Positions 49,601 to 56,596 of a stretch of 64,000 nucleotides of DNA are shown here, one piece after another (the first letter of the stretch is position 1; each line of letters begins with the position of its first letter). This DNA is from Phoronis australis (lineage: Eukaryota > Animalia > Phoronida). The stretch spans positions 630,959-694,958 of the forward strand of contig NMRA01000181.1 of the NCBI GenBank assembly GCA_002633005.1, in the 5' to 3' direction. The notes beneath the pieces were generated by a model, which was not told where the DNA came from, made no database searches, and saw nothing but the letters and a program-made list of their open reading frames with translations. The translations under genes were made by a program, and so were the position numbers.

Positions 49601-52091
49601 ACGAGTAAAAGACCTAATTCGGGTTTCGTTTTTAGCCAGCCAACAGGGCGAAAAGCAGGTTTATTGTATGCCATGTTATACTCACTGCGCCACTCGGTGA
49701 TCGCGATGTCATAAAATGAGGTCAAGTCTACGGAGGATACAAAAAGTGATCACTGGTTGGCTTGTACGAATATTCGTGATACCAAGGGCCTGTTTGATGA
49801 AAAGCGATTTGAAGCAGAAACTTGGTCTAACGCTCCACCTCACAATTGCTAAATAAAAGGTTTAGTCACTGTCTTTAGTAATTATCTCAGTAACTAGAGA
49901 TTATCTGTACATTTCTCGGTGACCTTGCACTTCGGGTTAAGTGCGATACGTATCTAGTCACTTTTTATGAAACAGACCTCTGGAAACCAAAAGAAACAAC
50001 CAAAGATTGTACTTCCCAAAAAGTAAAATCTGTACCCAACTCCTTGGCTTTCATTCACTGAACTAGAGTGCTCACCAGAGGAATTGAAACAACCATCTGA
50101 ACAGTTGATTGAACTTTTTTTGCACATCCTAAATTTGTTTGAAGCTCTAGACTTGTTTTTGATAAGAACAAACAATAACTTGAACCAGTTTAGGATTTAC
50201 ATAAAGATGCCACGAATCAGCAAAATATTCTAGAAGTACTCTTATTGGTAACAAGACAGTTAAAAATAGACGCTATGTAACGAACAATTGCTATAATCGA
50301 GAAAATCAATGTTACTATAAACTGCATAGTGTAGTCGTCTCAATAGGAATTAAAGCTTCGTTCCTTGTTTCTTTTTTGATAGTCATGCCTTTTTGTCCAC
50401 TTTTAGTTAATGGAAACTGGGGCTCTTGGACTGACTATGGTGAATGTTCAGTCACGTGTGGTCAAGGAGAAAGAACTCGAACGAGAAAATGCAATTCTCC
50501 GGCGCCAACAGACGGCGGAAATGATTGTTCTGGAAATGACGTTGACATTGAGCCATGTTCACTAGCTCCTTGCCGTAAGTGTACCACGCATTGTTCTGTT
50601 TCATTCCATATCATAATTTGTATTTCCATAAAATACACGTCACCAGTTCCGATTTTCAGAGATTAACGCACTTCAAAGCTATTTTTACTTTTTTACAGAA
50701 ACTTTGCCAATTTTGCAAGATAGCTGCTCTGTGCTGGAAGGATCAGACATTGTGTTCGTGGCTGACAGTGTCAATCGTTTGTCTGGACCAAGTCCACGAC
50801 ATACAATTAAGTTCATTCGAGACGTTGTCAAGAAGCTGAACGTTGCGCCCGACAAAGTTCGCGTAGGAATGATAACTGGTACATGTCCTTGCGCAGTAAA
50901 CAAAGGATTTTCTCTGTCGGATTATTCTAGTGGCGGTCAAGTGGAGTCCCATTTGGACAATTTGGTTCTGTCAGATACGGCCTCCGTTATAAAGAACTTG
51001 AGACTTGGAAACACATTTGACGACAAAAGATCAGCACAGAAAATAGCAGTTTTAGTGGTCGATCTCGCCAGTGACGTTTCACTTGAAGCTGTACTGGAGG
51101 CTGGAATGCTCCGCCAATCAGGTGTAGAAGTCTTTGTTGTGGGATTGTCTGAAGGAATAGCACGTGACCAGCTATATCCACTCGCCAGCACCCCCTATGA
51201 AGACCACGTGTTCACTGTGGATGACAGCAACGGATACGATGCGACAGCGAAGGGGCTCATGAAAAGTCTTTGCATAGGGTAAGTACAATACGATTCGAGG
51301 CAGATTTGATATTTTTGGAATCTAGCTGTGTGAGATTATTTCGAGAAAGCGACCTGAGACTTACGACAGAAATTTGATCTCATGCTCTCAGTCCCAATTT
51401 CTGAAAAATTGTTTAGAGAAGTCAGGCATCACACTGCGCTTGGCATAATTTGTATAGATTATCTCTGAGTCAGTAACTATCAGTTATGCTCCGACACTTC
51501 GCACTTTTCTCAACTGATTTTTAATTAATTTTCGGTAACATTGGTATGGAGTGTAAGGCCAAATTTCTGACGCAAGTTATTTTTCAAGAAACTTGTCCCA
51601 TAGCACCGATTGCGGAAGACTCTGCGAGTTTTAAAGTTGTTGCTGAAACAGGAAAACCACCCTTTGGACTAAATATCCAATTACGAATACCTCTAATTAT
51701 CGCTCGATGGCGATAGGTTGGTTTACAACGTTCTACATTCTTGTATGGCTTTAATGCAGTGAGCCATTTGACAGCATTTTAGTATAAATTCTTTGCTACC
51801 ATCATGCCGTCAAATTGTCACTACTGTGTGGAAATATATTTAAATGATTCACACAAAAATATCCAATGTCTCAAAATGTCTGTTTGCGATTCGCCCCCGT
51901 CATCAGAGTTGTCCCGCTTTGCACACCGCAAATTGCGTCATTGAAGCCAAAGACACTTTTGTGCTCTCACAATGCTAAAGAGCTGTATTTAGAATGTTTT
52001 TTTAGGTGAATCCGTGCATCATTTGTTCTTTGTTACGCTCTGTGAAGTAATTTACGTTTTGTGTTGTTTCAGACGTCGAAAAGCTCACTGA
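248..52091 (+). CDS. Giant multi-exon VWA + TSP1 tandem-repeat protein (5'-incomplete; coadhesin/matrilin/collagen VI/hemicentin-like domain content), probably a secreted ECM or adhesive protein
   Basis: Over 45 exons with canonical AG/GT and a continuous frame. VWA motifs D-x-S-x-S, GGT-Y-T, TDG; TSP1 motifs DGxWxxWxxWxxCSxxCG...RxRxC. Stop TGA at 52089-52091 followed by AATAAA. Confidence 0.9.
1310..1681 (+). CDS. Exon encoding two TSP1 domains
   Basis: ttttcag|TTGCA ... TGTCCCC|gtaagt; 372 bp. Confidence 0.88.
2409..2579 (+). CDS. TSP1 exon type A ([10 protein letters not shown])
   Basis: tttcag| ... CCTG|gtaagt; 171 bp. Confidence 0.88.
2872..3054 (+). CDS. TSP1 exon type B ([10 protein letters not shown])
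   Basis: ttctag| ... CTAA|gtaaga; 183 bp. Confidence 0.88.
   Translation: MMANGDLGKNIVSALSLVGPEGKQDDVSVTSHLPAMEAVTAWVMPKKSTYAYVLHARLSP
3366..3938 (+). CDS. VWA exon, alpha type ([19 protein letters not shown])
   Basis: taaag| ... ATAG|gtaagg; 573 bp. Confidence 0.9.
4072..4389 (+). other. Probable assembly overlap duplicate of ~3756-4070 (partial VWA exon + intron) after a single n
   Basis: Near-identical sequence restarts immediately after n at 4071. Confidence 0.75.
4539..4602. repeat. (GT)n/(GCGT)n microsatellite
   Basis: Read directly. Confidence 0.95.
5636..5830 (+). CDS. TSP1 exon type C with TPPPA linker
   Basis: tttag| ... CCTG|gtcagt; 195 bp. Confidence 0.88.
5925..6125 (+). pseudogene. 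Degenerate TSP1 pseudo-exon
   Basis: Remnant [17 protein letters not shown] followed by stop/frameshift. Confidence 0.6.
6180..6303 (+). pseudogene. Degenerate TSP1 pseudo-exon resembling the intact exon at 22067
   Basis: ggtgaacagtcgagggaacgcga ... gttagttga retained; 5' half lost. Confidence 0.55.
6523..6705 (+). pseudogene. Degenerate TSP1 pseudo-exon; paralogue of the intact exon at 12946
   Basis: [16 protein letters not shown] retained, with TAA at the DGQ position and deletions. Confidence 0.7.
6820..7002 (+). CDS. TSP1 exon type D ([10 protein letters not shown])
   Basis: caacag| ... CCCA|gtgagt; 183 bp. Confidence 0.88.
7063..7564 (+). other. Probable assembly overlap duplicate (truncated VWA exon) of ~7566-8067
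   Basis: Same sequence on both sides of the single n at 7565. Confidence 0.75.
7721..8290 (+). CDS. VWA exon, beta type ([19 protein letters not shown])
   Basis: ttttcag| ... CCAG|gtagga; 570 bp. Confidence 0.9.
8847..9041 (+). CDS. TSP1 exon type E
   Basis: ctttag| ... CCAA|gttagt; 195 bp, open frame. Confidence 0.87.
9224..9418 (+). CDS. TSP1 exon type F
   Basis: atttag| ... CCAA|gttagt; 195 bp. Confidence 0.87.
9687..9857 (+). CDS. TSP1 exon type A
   Basis: tttcag| ... CCTG|gtaatt; 171 bp. Confidence 0.87.
10007..10189 (+). CDS. TSP1 exon type B
   Basis: ttctag| ... CTAA|gtaaga; 183 bp. Confidence 0.87.
10488..11060 (+). CDS. VWA exon, alpha type
   Basis: attacag| ... ACAG|gtacgg; 573 bp. 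Confidence 0.9.
12005..12199 (+). CDS. TSP1 exon type C
   Basis: tttag| ... CCTG|gttagt; 195 bp. Confidence 0.87.
12292..12490 (+). pseudogene. Degenerate TSP1 pseudo-exon; paralogue of 5925-6125
   Basis: Shares catgttccacattatgcctag with ~6081-6101, plus aggcgacg and gtcgggaatg remnants. Confidence 0.55.
12946..13134 (+). CDS. TSP1 exon type C'
   Basis: tttag| ... CCTG|gttagt; 189 bp. Confidence 0.87.
13250..13432 (+). CDS. TSP1 exon type D
   Basis: caacag| ... CCCA|gtgagt; 183 bp. Confidence 0.87.
13668..14237 (+). CDS. VWA exon, beta type
   Basis: ttttcag| ... CCAG|gtaggc; 570 bp. Confidence 0.9.
14624..14818 (+). CDS. TSP1 exon type E
   Basis: tttag| ... CCAA|gttagt; 195 bp. Confidence 0.85.
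15001..15195 (+). CDS. TSP1 exon type F
   Basis: atttag| ... CCAA|gttagt; 195 bp. Confidence 0.87.
15351..15746. mobile_element. Foldback (near-fully palindromic) MITE-like insertion
   Basis: Arm ~15351-15533 is the imperfect reverse complement of ~15550-15746; absent from paralogous F-A introns. Confidence 0.8.
15894..16064 (+). CDS. TSP1 exon type A
   Basis: tttcag| ... CCTG|gtaatt; 171 bp. Confidence 0.87.
16214..16396 (+). CDS. TSP1 exon type B
   Basis: ttctag| ... CTAA|gtgagc; 183 bp. Confidence 0.87.
16761..17333 (+). CDS. VWA exon, alpha type
   Basis: ttcaaag| ... ACAG|gtaaat; 573 bp. Confidence 0.9.
17675..17754. mobile_element. Tiny TIR element CATGGGCGG...CCGCCCATG (second copy ~20885-20987)
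   Basis: 9-bp terminal inverted repeats; absent from the paralogous intron at ~27540. Confidence 0.55.
18034..18297 (+). mobile_element. MITE, CATGCGCGCACCCAG TIR family
   Basis: Degenerate TIRs; internal hairpin GGAGGGCTCG-AA-CGAGCCCTCC. Confidence 0.75.
18433..18598 (+). pseudogene. TSP1 pseudo-exon type G (dead paralogue of the exon at 34747)
   Basis: [21 protein letters not shown]; deletion in the WxxW region. Confidence 0.75.
19104..19274 (+). CDS. TSP1 exon type A (duplicate of 15894)
   Basis: Identical copy. Confidence 0.6.
19424..19606 (+). CDS. TSP1 exon type B (duplicate of 16214)
   Basis: Identical copy. Confidence 0.6.
19971..20543 (+). CDS. VWA exon, alpha type (duplicate of 16761)
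   Basis: Identical translation in the ORF track. Confidence 0.6.
21271..21529 (+). mobile_element. MITE, CATGCGCGCACCCAG TIR family
   Basis: catgcacgcacccag ... ctgggtgcaagcatg. Confidence 0.75.
21665..21830 (+). pseudogene. TSP1 pseudo-exon type G (copy)
   Basis: Same lesions as 18433-18598. Confidence 0.7.
22067..22264 (+). CDS. TSP1 exon type H
   Basis: atttag| ... ACAA|gttagt; 198 bp. Confidence 0.87.
22508..22917. mobile_element. ~410-bp element bounded by ~27-bp inverted repeats
   Basis: gcttactcgatgcagcaaagggggcta vs tagcctcggttgctgcaccgagtaagt; interior missing from the paralogous intron at ~31460. Confidence 0.6.
23307..23501 (+). CDS. TSP1 exon type C'
   Basis: ctttag| ... CCTG|gttagt; 195 bp. 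Confidence 0.87.
23602..23784 (+). CDS. TSP1 exon type D
   Basis: taacag| ... CCCA|gtaagt; 183 bp. Confidence 0.87.
24026..24595 (+). CDS. VWA exon, beta type
   Basis: ttttcag| ... CCAG|gtaggg; 570 bp. Confidence 0.9.
24996..25190 (+). CDS. TSP1 exon type E
   Basis: tttag| ... CCAA|gttagt; 195 bp. Confidence 0.87.
25373..25567 (+). CDS. TSP1 exon type F
   Basis: atttag| ... CCAA|gttagt; 195 bp. Confidence 0.87.
25833..26003 (+). CDS. TSP1 exon type A
   Basis: tttcag| ... CCTG|gtaatt; 171 bp. Confidence 0.87.
26148..26330 (+). CDS. TSP1 exon type B
   Basis: ttctag| ... CTGA|gtgagc; 183 bp. Confidence 0.87.
   Translation: MMANGDLGKNIARALSHVGPEAKRDDASVTSHLPAMEVVTAWGMPKKTTYVLELRAKLGP
26659..27231 (+). 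CDS. VWA exon, alpha type
   Basis: ttaaag| ... ACAG|gtaaat; 573 bp. Confidence 0.9.
28041..28228 (+). pseudogene. TSP1 pseudo-exon type G with partly independent lesions
   Basis: [38 protein letters not shown]: stop codon and lost Trp/Cys. Confidence 0.75.
28482..28679 (+). CDS. TSP1 exon type H
   Basis: atttag| ... ACAA|gttagt; 198 bp. Confidence 0.8.
29232..29804 (+). CDS. VWA exon, alpha type (in the mosaic/duplicated block after n28855)
   Basis: ttcaaag| ... ACAG|gtaaat; 573 bp. Confidence 0.7.
30610..30797 (+). pseudogene. TSP1 pseudo-exon type G (copy of 28041)
   Basis: Same TAG lesion. Confidence 0.7.
31050..31247 (+). CDS. TSP1 exon type H
   Basis: atttag| ... ACAA|gttagt; 198 bp. 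Confidence 0.8.
31865..32059 (+). CDS. TSP1 exon type C'
   Basis: tttag| ... CCTG|gttagt; 195 bp. Confidence 0.87.
32161..32343 (+). CDS. TSP1 exon type D
   Basis: caacag| ... CCGA|gtgagt; 183 bp. Confidence 0.87.
32566..33135 (+). CDS. VWA exon (GKCSGGKAD...)
   Basis: ctcttag| ... ACAG|gtatat; 570 bp. Confidence 0.9.
33342..33490 (+). pseudogene. TSP1 pseudo-exon
   Basis: [47 protein letters not shown], then truncated. Confidence 0.75.
33536..33788 (-). mobile_element. MITE, CATGCGCGCACCCAG TIR family, TSD TATAA
   Basis: tataa|catgcgcgcacc ... ggtgagtgcatg|tataa. Confidence 0.85.
34747..34932 (+). CDS. TSP1 exon type G (intact)
   Basis: atttag| ... TGTG|gttagt; 186 bp. Confidence 0.85.
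35147..35341 (+). CDS. TSP1 exon
   Basis: ctttag| ... CCCG|gttagt; 195 bp. Confidence 0.87.
35792..35974 (+). CDS. TSP1 exon, D-like
   Basis: actcag| ... CGCC|gtgagt; 183 bp. Confidence 0.85.
36553..37122 (+). CDS. VWA exon (ICSGTQAD...CREP)
   Basis: ttttaag| ... CCAG|gtttgt; 570 bp. Confidence 0.85.
37207..37903. other. Assembly gap (N run), followed by a near-duplicate (37904-39709) of 35401-37206
   Basis: Read directly. Confidence 0.9.
38290..38472 (+). CDS. TSP1 exon, D-like (near-duplicate of 35792)
   Basis: actcag| ... CGCC|gtgagt; 183 bp. Confidence 0.7.
39057..39626 (+). CDS. VWA exon (near-duplicate of 36553)
   Basis: ttttaag| ... CCAG|gtttgt; 570 bp. Confidence 0.75.
40174..40356 (+). 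CDS. TSP1 exon (unique)
   Basis: ttacag| ... CCTG|gtaagt; 183 bp. Confidence 0.87.
40566..40754 (+). CDS. TSP1 exon (unique, [18 protein letters not shown])
   Basis: ttgtag| ... AACA|gtaagt; 189 bp, open frame. Confidence 0.8.
41793..41938 (+). CDS. Split VWA domain 1, exon 1 ([16 protein letters not shown])
   Basis: tttcag| ... TCAG|gtaggt. Confidence 0.85.
42376..42636 (+). CDS. Split VWA domain 1, exon 2 (GGGTNTG, VVTDGQS)
   Basis: tttcag| ... ACAG|gtaaga; 261 bp. Confidence 0.88.
43000..43165 (+). CDS. Split VWA domain 1, exon 3 (LFAIGVG)
   Basis: tttacag| ... TCAG|gtagtc. Confidence 0.85.
43600..43623 (+). CDS. Putative 24-nt linker micro-exon (LWNKPLP)
   Basis: ttacag|CTCTGTGGAACAAGCCTCTTCCAG|gtaggt; phase 1-1. 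Confidence 0.55.
43989..44159 (+). CDS. TSP1 exon (unique)
   Basis: cgccag| ... CCGC|gtaagt; 171 bp. Confidence 0.85.
44729..44871 (+). CDS. Split VWA domain 2, exon 1 ([11 protein letters not shown])
   Basis: ttgcag| ... TCAG|gttagg. Confidence 0.83.
45463..46117. repeat. Two tandem ~330-bp units containing (TAGTA)n and duplicated attatcactaggtata motifs
   Basis: aacttcaaagatttttcatgaagatcat recurs at ~45463 and ~45798. Confidence 0.85.
46175..46435 (+). CDS. Split VWA domain 2, exon 2
   Basis: ctgtag| ... ACTT|gtgagt; 261 bp. Confidence 0.85.
47390..47558 (+). CDS. Split VWA domain 2, exon 3 (LYAIGVG)
   Basis: cttcag| ... CCGT|gtaagt. Confidence 0.83.
48541..48573 (+). CDS. Putative 33-nt linker micro-exon ([10 protein letters not shown])
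   Basis: ttttgtag| ... TCCG|gtaagt; phase 1-1; tandem TAGTAG acceptor. Confidence 0.6.
49309..49670. mobile_element. MITE-like element with ~55-bp imperfect TIRs; related partial copy at ~34120-34265
   Basis: aaagctgcatttcggcctgtttagctggctaaaaa vs tttttagccagccaacagggcgaaaagcaggttt; shared gtcgctgatggtttcgatgttctt. Confidence 0.7.
50407..50574 (+). CDS. Last TSP1 exon
   Basis: ttttag| ... TGCC|gtaagt; 168 bp. Confidence 0.87.
50699..51278 (+). CDS. C-terminal divergent VWA exon (degenerate MIDAS)
   Basis: ttttacag| ... ATAGG|gtaagt; [28 protein letters not shown]. Confidence 0.85.
52073..52091 (+). CDS. Terminal coding exon (G)RRKAH-stop
   Basis: gttgtttcag|ACGTCGAAAAGCTCACTGA; matches the phase-2 donor at 51278. 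Confidence 0.65.
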
Positions 52092-52310
52092 AATGGCAGG
52101 AATCGCGTGAAGCTGAACATTCCAAATTCAAGATCTATGAATTAGATGAATAAGTGCTTTACGTTCTAAGTGTGGGCCGACTAAACACGGCGCGTTTGCA
52201 AAACGTTCTACTACGAAAGCTTTCATTATCGCGTACTGACTGGCATAAACTTCTGCTGGAAATGATTCATTGTATTCGCCATTGATCTAAAAGTTAAAGA
52301 ATGCTACATG

Positions 52311-52411
52311 AATAAAGGTCTGTGAGATTATTTCGCAATTTCCAAAATCGCTGCCCGAGACGGAACTTGTATTGCACCTATTGACATCAATGGACAATCT
52401 GGTTTAATAAA
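52311..52411 (+). terminator. Candidate polyadenylation signals (AATAAA at 52311 and 52406)
   Basis: Located 220-320 bp downstream of the predicted stop. Confidence 0.5.
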
Positions 52412-54055
52412 ACAGTTTCTAGATTAGAAAGCATTTTTTATAGAGGCGTATTTGTGTATATGCTGAAAATTGAAACCCACGTTTTCAAAGCTTTTCGGTA
52501 TGTGTACAGTATTAAGCAGTGTGTAGATGGCGCTGCTCTCGGCTCCACATAACGGTGTTTAGTAGTGTGCTAATTAACAAGTGGATGATGTAGGAAATGT
52601 CTATGTATTTAAATTGGTTGACATTTAGTATGATAAATATACGTATGTATATAGATCTATTTCCTGAGAAAGAAACTGTCTTTAGAGAATAGTTTTGTTA
52701 GGTGGTTGAAAATGGTGGAGAGTGCGAGGTTCACACTTAAATTACCATTCTGTATATTACCCAGCTGTCGCTGTCATTCGACTCTCATTAATTTTTATGC
52801 TAGAACTCAATTCATTTTGAGATGGGAGACTCGTTGCCAACCGTTGCATACATTTAATTTTGATATACCTCACGAGGCACACTGCATTAATGGTGCTACA
52901 TTTTGTGATTTTCATGTTCATCCGGTTATGGTTTATTGTTATGTGGAATTATTTGTCTTTTAAAAACATATTGAGCGCTGCACAAGACCAGACAAAACTA
53001 GATTCGAATTTTGTGATTGTGAGAAATTCGATATTTACGATTGTCTGAAACGGGATGTTGCATGGTAATTATATTGGTTTAACTAAATAGCGCTCAACAT
53101 GCTTTTAACCAGGTTGTTGGCACTTTGGTAGTGTTCTGTAAAGAGTGACGGCAAATTGAAAATACAGAAAATATGAATGGTATTTTACAAGATGGCGGAG
53201 ATTGATTATTTATCTGTATAGTGGCAGGAAAAGTCGCCATTCGTGTGTTTTATTAGTCTAGTGTGAACTACTCAATTTGTGCAAACTAGGATTATTTAAA
53301 TTTTACGGACGCATACACTGCACCATGTTAGTGACATATTGTATACTGTAGACATATTAAGGGAACCTGCGTTCACACTTTGTGGAAAATGGGTAATTCG
53401 AATGGAAACTGATTTCCAATTACGCGCAGTCTTATAGAGAGGCAATGTATAAACTTTCTCGGGATAGTGAACAATTGTAGCCAAGTTCAAAGAACACAAT
53501 AAATTTGTCGCTTGTTTTAGTAATTACATAGCGGTGTATCACACACTACCACAGATACTGGTTGAATACTTATTATGTGCTTGAGGAGTATGGACGAATA
53601 CAACAGACGTCTAAGCCACATACTTTTGCGCAGCAATGCTGGTCGGGGTCCCCCAATTCTCCACTAAAGTGCCGGATTGTGTTCAAGGCTTTCCGCTCTC
53701 AAGTTTTTTGGTGAGAAACTTATTTTCCATCTGCATTGGTTAACATTATTGTTGTCACAACTAAAGAATACATTTTTTCCAGTCGTATTTATAGAGACGG
53801 GATTTTGTCGAAGTACAAAATATGTTCCTATCATGGGTATCGCCACGTCAGCGTAGAGTATTGTATCTTTGGCAACCGTGGCCGAGGAGCAATTCATGCT
53901 CAACAAAGACATATCAAAATTTCTTTAATACAGAATTCTTCTTGCATTTGGACGAATTGGTATCTGCAACGTGTTTTCGCCAAAATGACGTGAAGGGCCG
54001 GGAATGCATTTCAAACGCATATTTGAAATGTGGACAACTAGTTACCTCACCACCG

Positions 54056-54319
54056 CATGGGTGCACCCAAGGGGGGCACGGGGGGTCTCGAATGAGCCCA
54101 CCAATTTGGCGAATTGGGCAAAAAAGTCCGTCTCAATGTAACAAAAAGTCCGAGCAAACGAGACAAAAGTCCACGGCAATTCGGCGCGGATGCACAATTC
54201 GTAAGCCTGAACCTAGTGGCCCCATTTATTTTTAGTCCCCCTTGACTTCTTTCAGTAAAAGGTCCGCAAAACACCTAAAAACTCGAGCTCCCCTATATTT
54301 TAGGCTGGGTGAGCGCATG
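54056..54319 (+). mobile_element. MITE, CATGCGCGCACCCAG TIR family, TSD CACCG
   Basis: caccg|catgggtgcaccca ... tgggtgagcgcatg|caccg. Confidence 0.85.
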
Positions 54320-56369
54320 CACCGCATTAATTTTCAAAAACATTACTCAAGAACCAACCACTGCTTTTTAGCCTCGGTGAAGAACTTAATTCACTCAGCC
54401 CGAACGAAGTCACTGTTTAGTCCGGCTGTCCGCACGCGCCTTTCATATAAAACATTTATTAGAAAATTTGAATCGGAACGAACAGACGCTCGGTACTTTT
54501 CAAACATCTTGGAAGAATTTGATGAGTCAAGTATTTATGGGGGTTCCAGATCCATGACGATGTTGTATCCAATCTGGACAAAACGGATCAAAATTCCAAA
54601 CAACGTTTTAGAGAACAGTGCAAAAGCACAATACCTAAAACATTCATGTGAATCCGATCAGTGATTTCAGAGATATGATGTTCCCGAGAAGTTGGCCAAA
54701 ACTGGACACGTCGAAAGAACAACATCCATTAAAATAAGTTCCAAAATGAGGACAAACACACCCTACACATCTGTCATAATAATTCTAGATTTGTGTAATT
54801 TCCATCAAACGGAGAACAATGTTATCAAAAGACGGCACTTACGTCTGGACTATCTGGTTGGTTTTTTGTGCCACCATTGGACTACTCCACGGCAGCCTCA
54901 CTCGCTGTACATGTACATCCTATCCAGTCAGGACAATTTGTGACTACATAACTTACGGATGTTGGTTCCTGAAGCAGTCAGGAAATAAAAAATATATGAC
55001 ACTCTACACCTCATTCGCCCAGCGTACTTCTTCACCTAAGGTGTTTCTTTAAGCAAACTAGAACTTTTAAAGTCATTAGGTTATGCATATGTAGAAACTT
55101 GCGCCAACTTCGGAATATCGGATCTCAGGGATGGGTGATCGGATTCTTATGACCGGTTATGAACCTTCAGATACTGTGCTTCATGCACTGTTCTCAACAA
55201 GGCTATTAGGAATTGTTTCACGGAAAAGGTAAAGATTGACATGAAATGAAATGATAATTTAGAGAAATAGAAAGGCATTCCTGAGATTTGATCTTAAACG
55301 TTTACATTAACCAAAGTTTGCTCATGTTGTTGATAGCGCAGCTAGCTGTCAATGTACCTTATTTTTCACTAAATTCCACTAAACGACAATGTTACGTAAC
55401 CTAATTTAAAGACAGGTTGATAAAAGTCACGAATCCAATTCTAAAGGGTTGTTATTTTCAGAAAATATATACGTTTACTGACTTTTTAAAACAATAAAAA
55501 TATACTTGTGTATGCAACTGGCTAAATACGTAGAGTTGTCCATAAGGTCCCACAGAACCCAAACAGATTACTGGCGAATCTCTGAAAGTCGGGTCCGTTT
55601 TGCTTTTACATGGAGTCCTCATGGACTTGCGGAAACTGTGAGTTGTATTATGACGTCAACCCTTTCATACGACTGTCGGCTTTCAGTACTATATGTTTCA
55701 ACTGACACGTTTGATGCATCGCTTGAAAAACCCGATGTCGGACTTCTGATGAATACCAACGGTTCAAGGCATGGCACAAATGTAAAGCAGCATTCCTATG
55801 GACTGAGCGAGGAGGATTTTTCTAAGTATCTATGCATGCCTATTTGTTGTTTGTTGGATGTTGGCGTTTTTAAAACCTAAGGTACATACGTCCGATTGGT
55901 ATGTGAGGGTATATTTACGTGCCTTGACCAAATATGGAGGGAATGCACATCTGAAGTCTCGATAACGATCAACAATTACACACTGAAAGTACTTCGTCGT
56001 GTAACAAATCAATGGAGGTGCACCCAGGAACAACTCGACGTGTCTACAAACACAAACACCAACAAAAGCTGCCACTTTTGTTGTCAAATTCATATATACT
56101 TAATATTCATAATTGTATTAAAAAGTACCTTAAAGATTGTACAAAACTATGGCATTACAACTGTAACAATCACGTTTAACAATAATTCAGTCATAACGTT
56201 TCTTATGCTAAAAAATAAGGTGAATTGGCTTAAATCTAAAAAATGCAATCAAATCTACGTGGGTGTAGGCTCAGTTTGAGACCCCATGCACACGCACAGA
56301 TCACAACAGATATGACATTGCAGTCAGATAGAAACATGTCTAAAAACGGAACTAAAACAGCATACTTGA

Positions 56370-56596
56370 CATGCGCGCACCCAGGGGCGAAGTGGGCAAA
56401 AAGGTACGCCCCCCAGAGACAAAAAGTCCGAGAGCATGGGACAAAAGAGTGCACTAAATAAGCGCCAAGTCGCAATTGACAAAGGTACTCCCGTTTTTTT
56501 TCTTTTTTTTTAGTCCGCCCGCTCTTTTGTTAGCCAATGGTCCACAACGTCAGGAATTCGAGCCCCCCCCCATATTGAAGGCTGGGTGCGCGCATG
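56370..56596 (+). mobile_element. MITE with perfect 15-bp TIR, TSD CTTGA
   Basis: cttga|CATGCGCGCACCCAG ... CTGGGTGCGCGCATG|cttga. Confidence 0.9.

Noticed and set aside
52700-56475. Intergenic ORFs of 60-140 aa
   Set aside because: No recognisable domains; several derive from MITE sequence.
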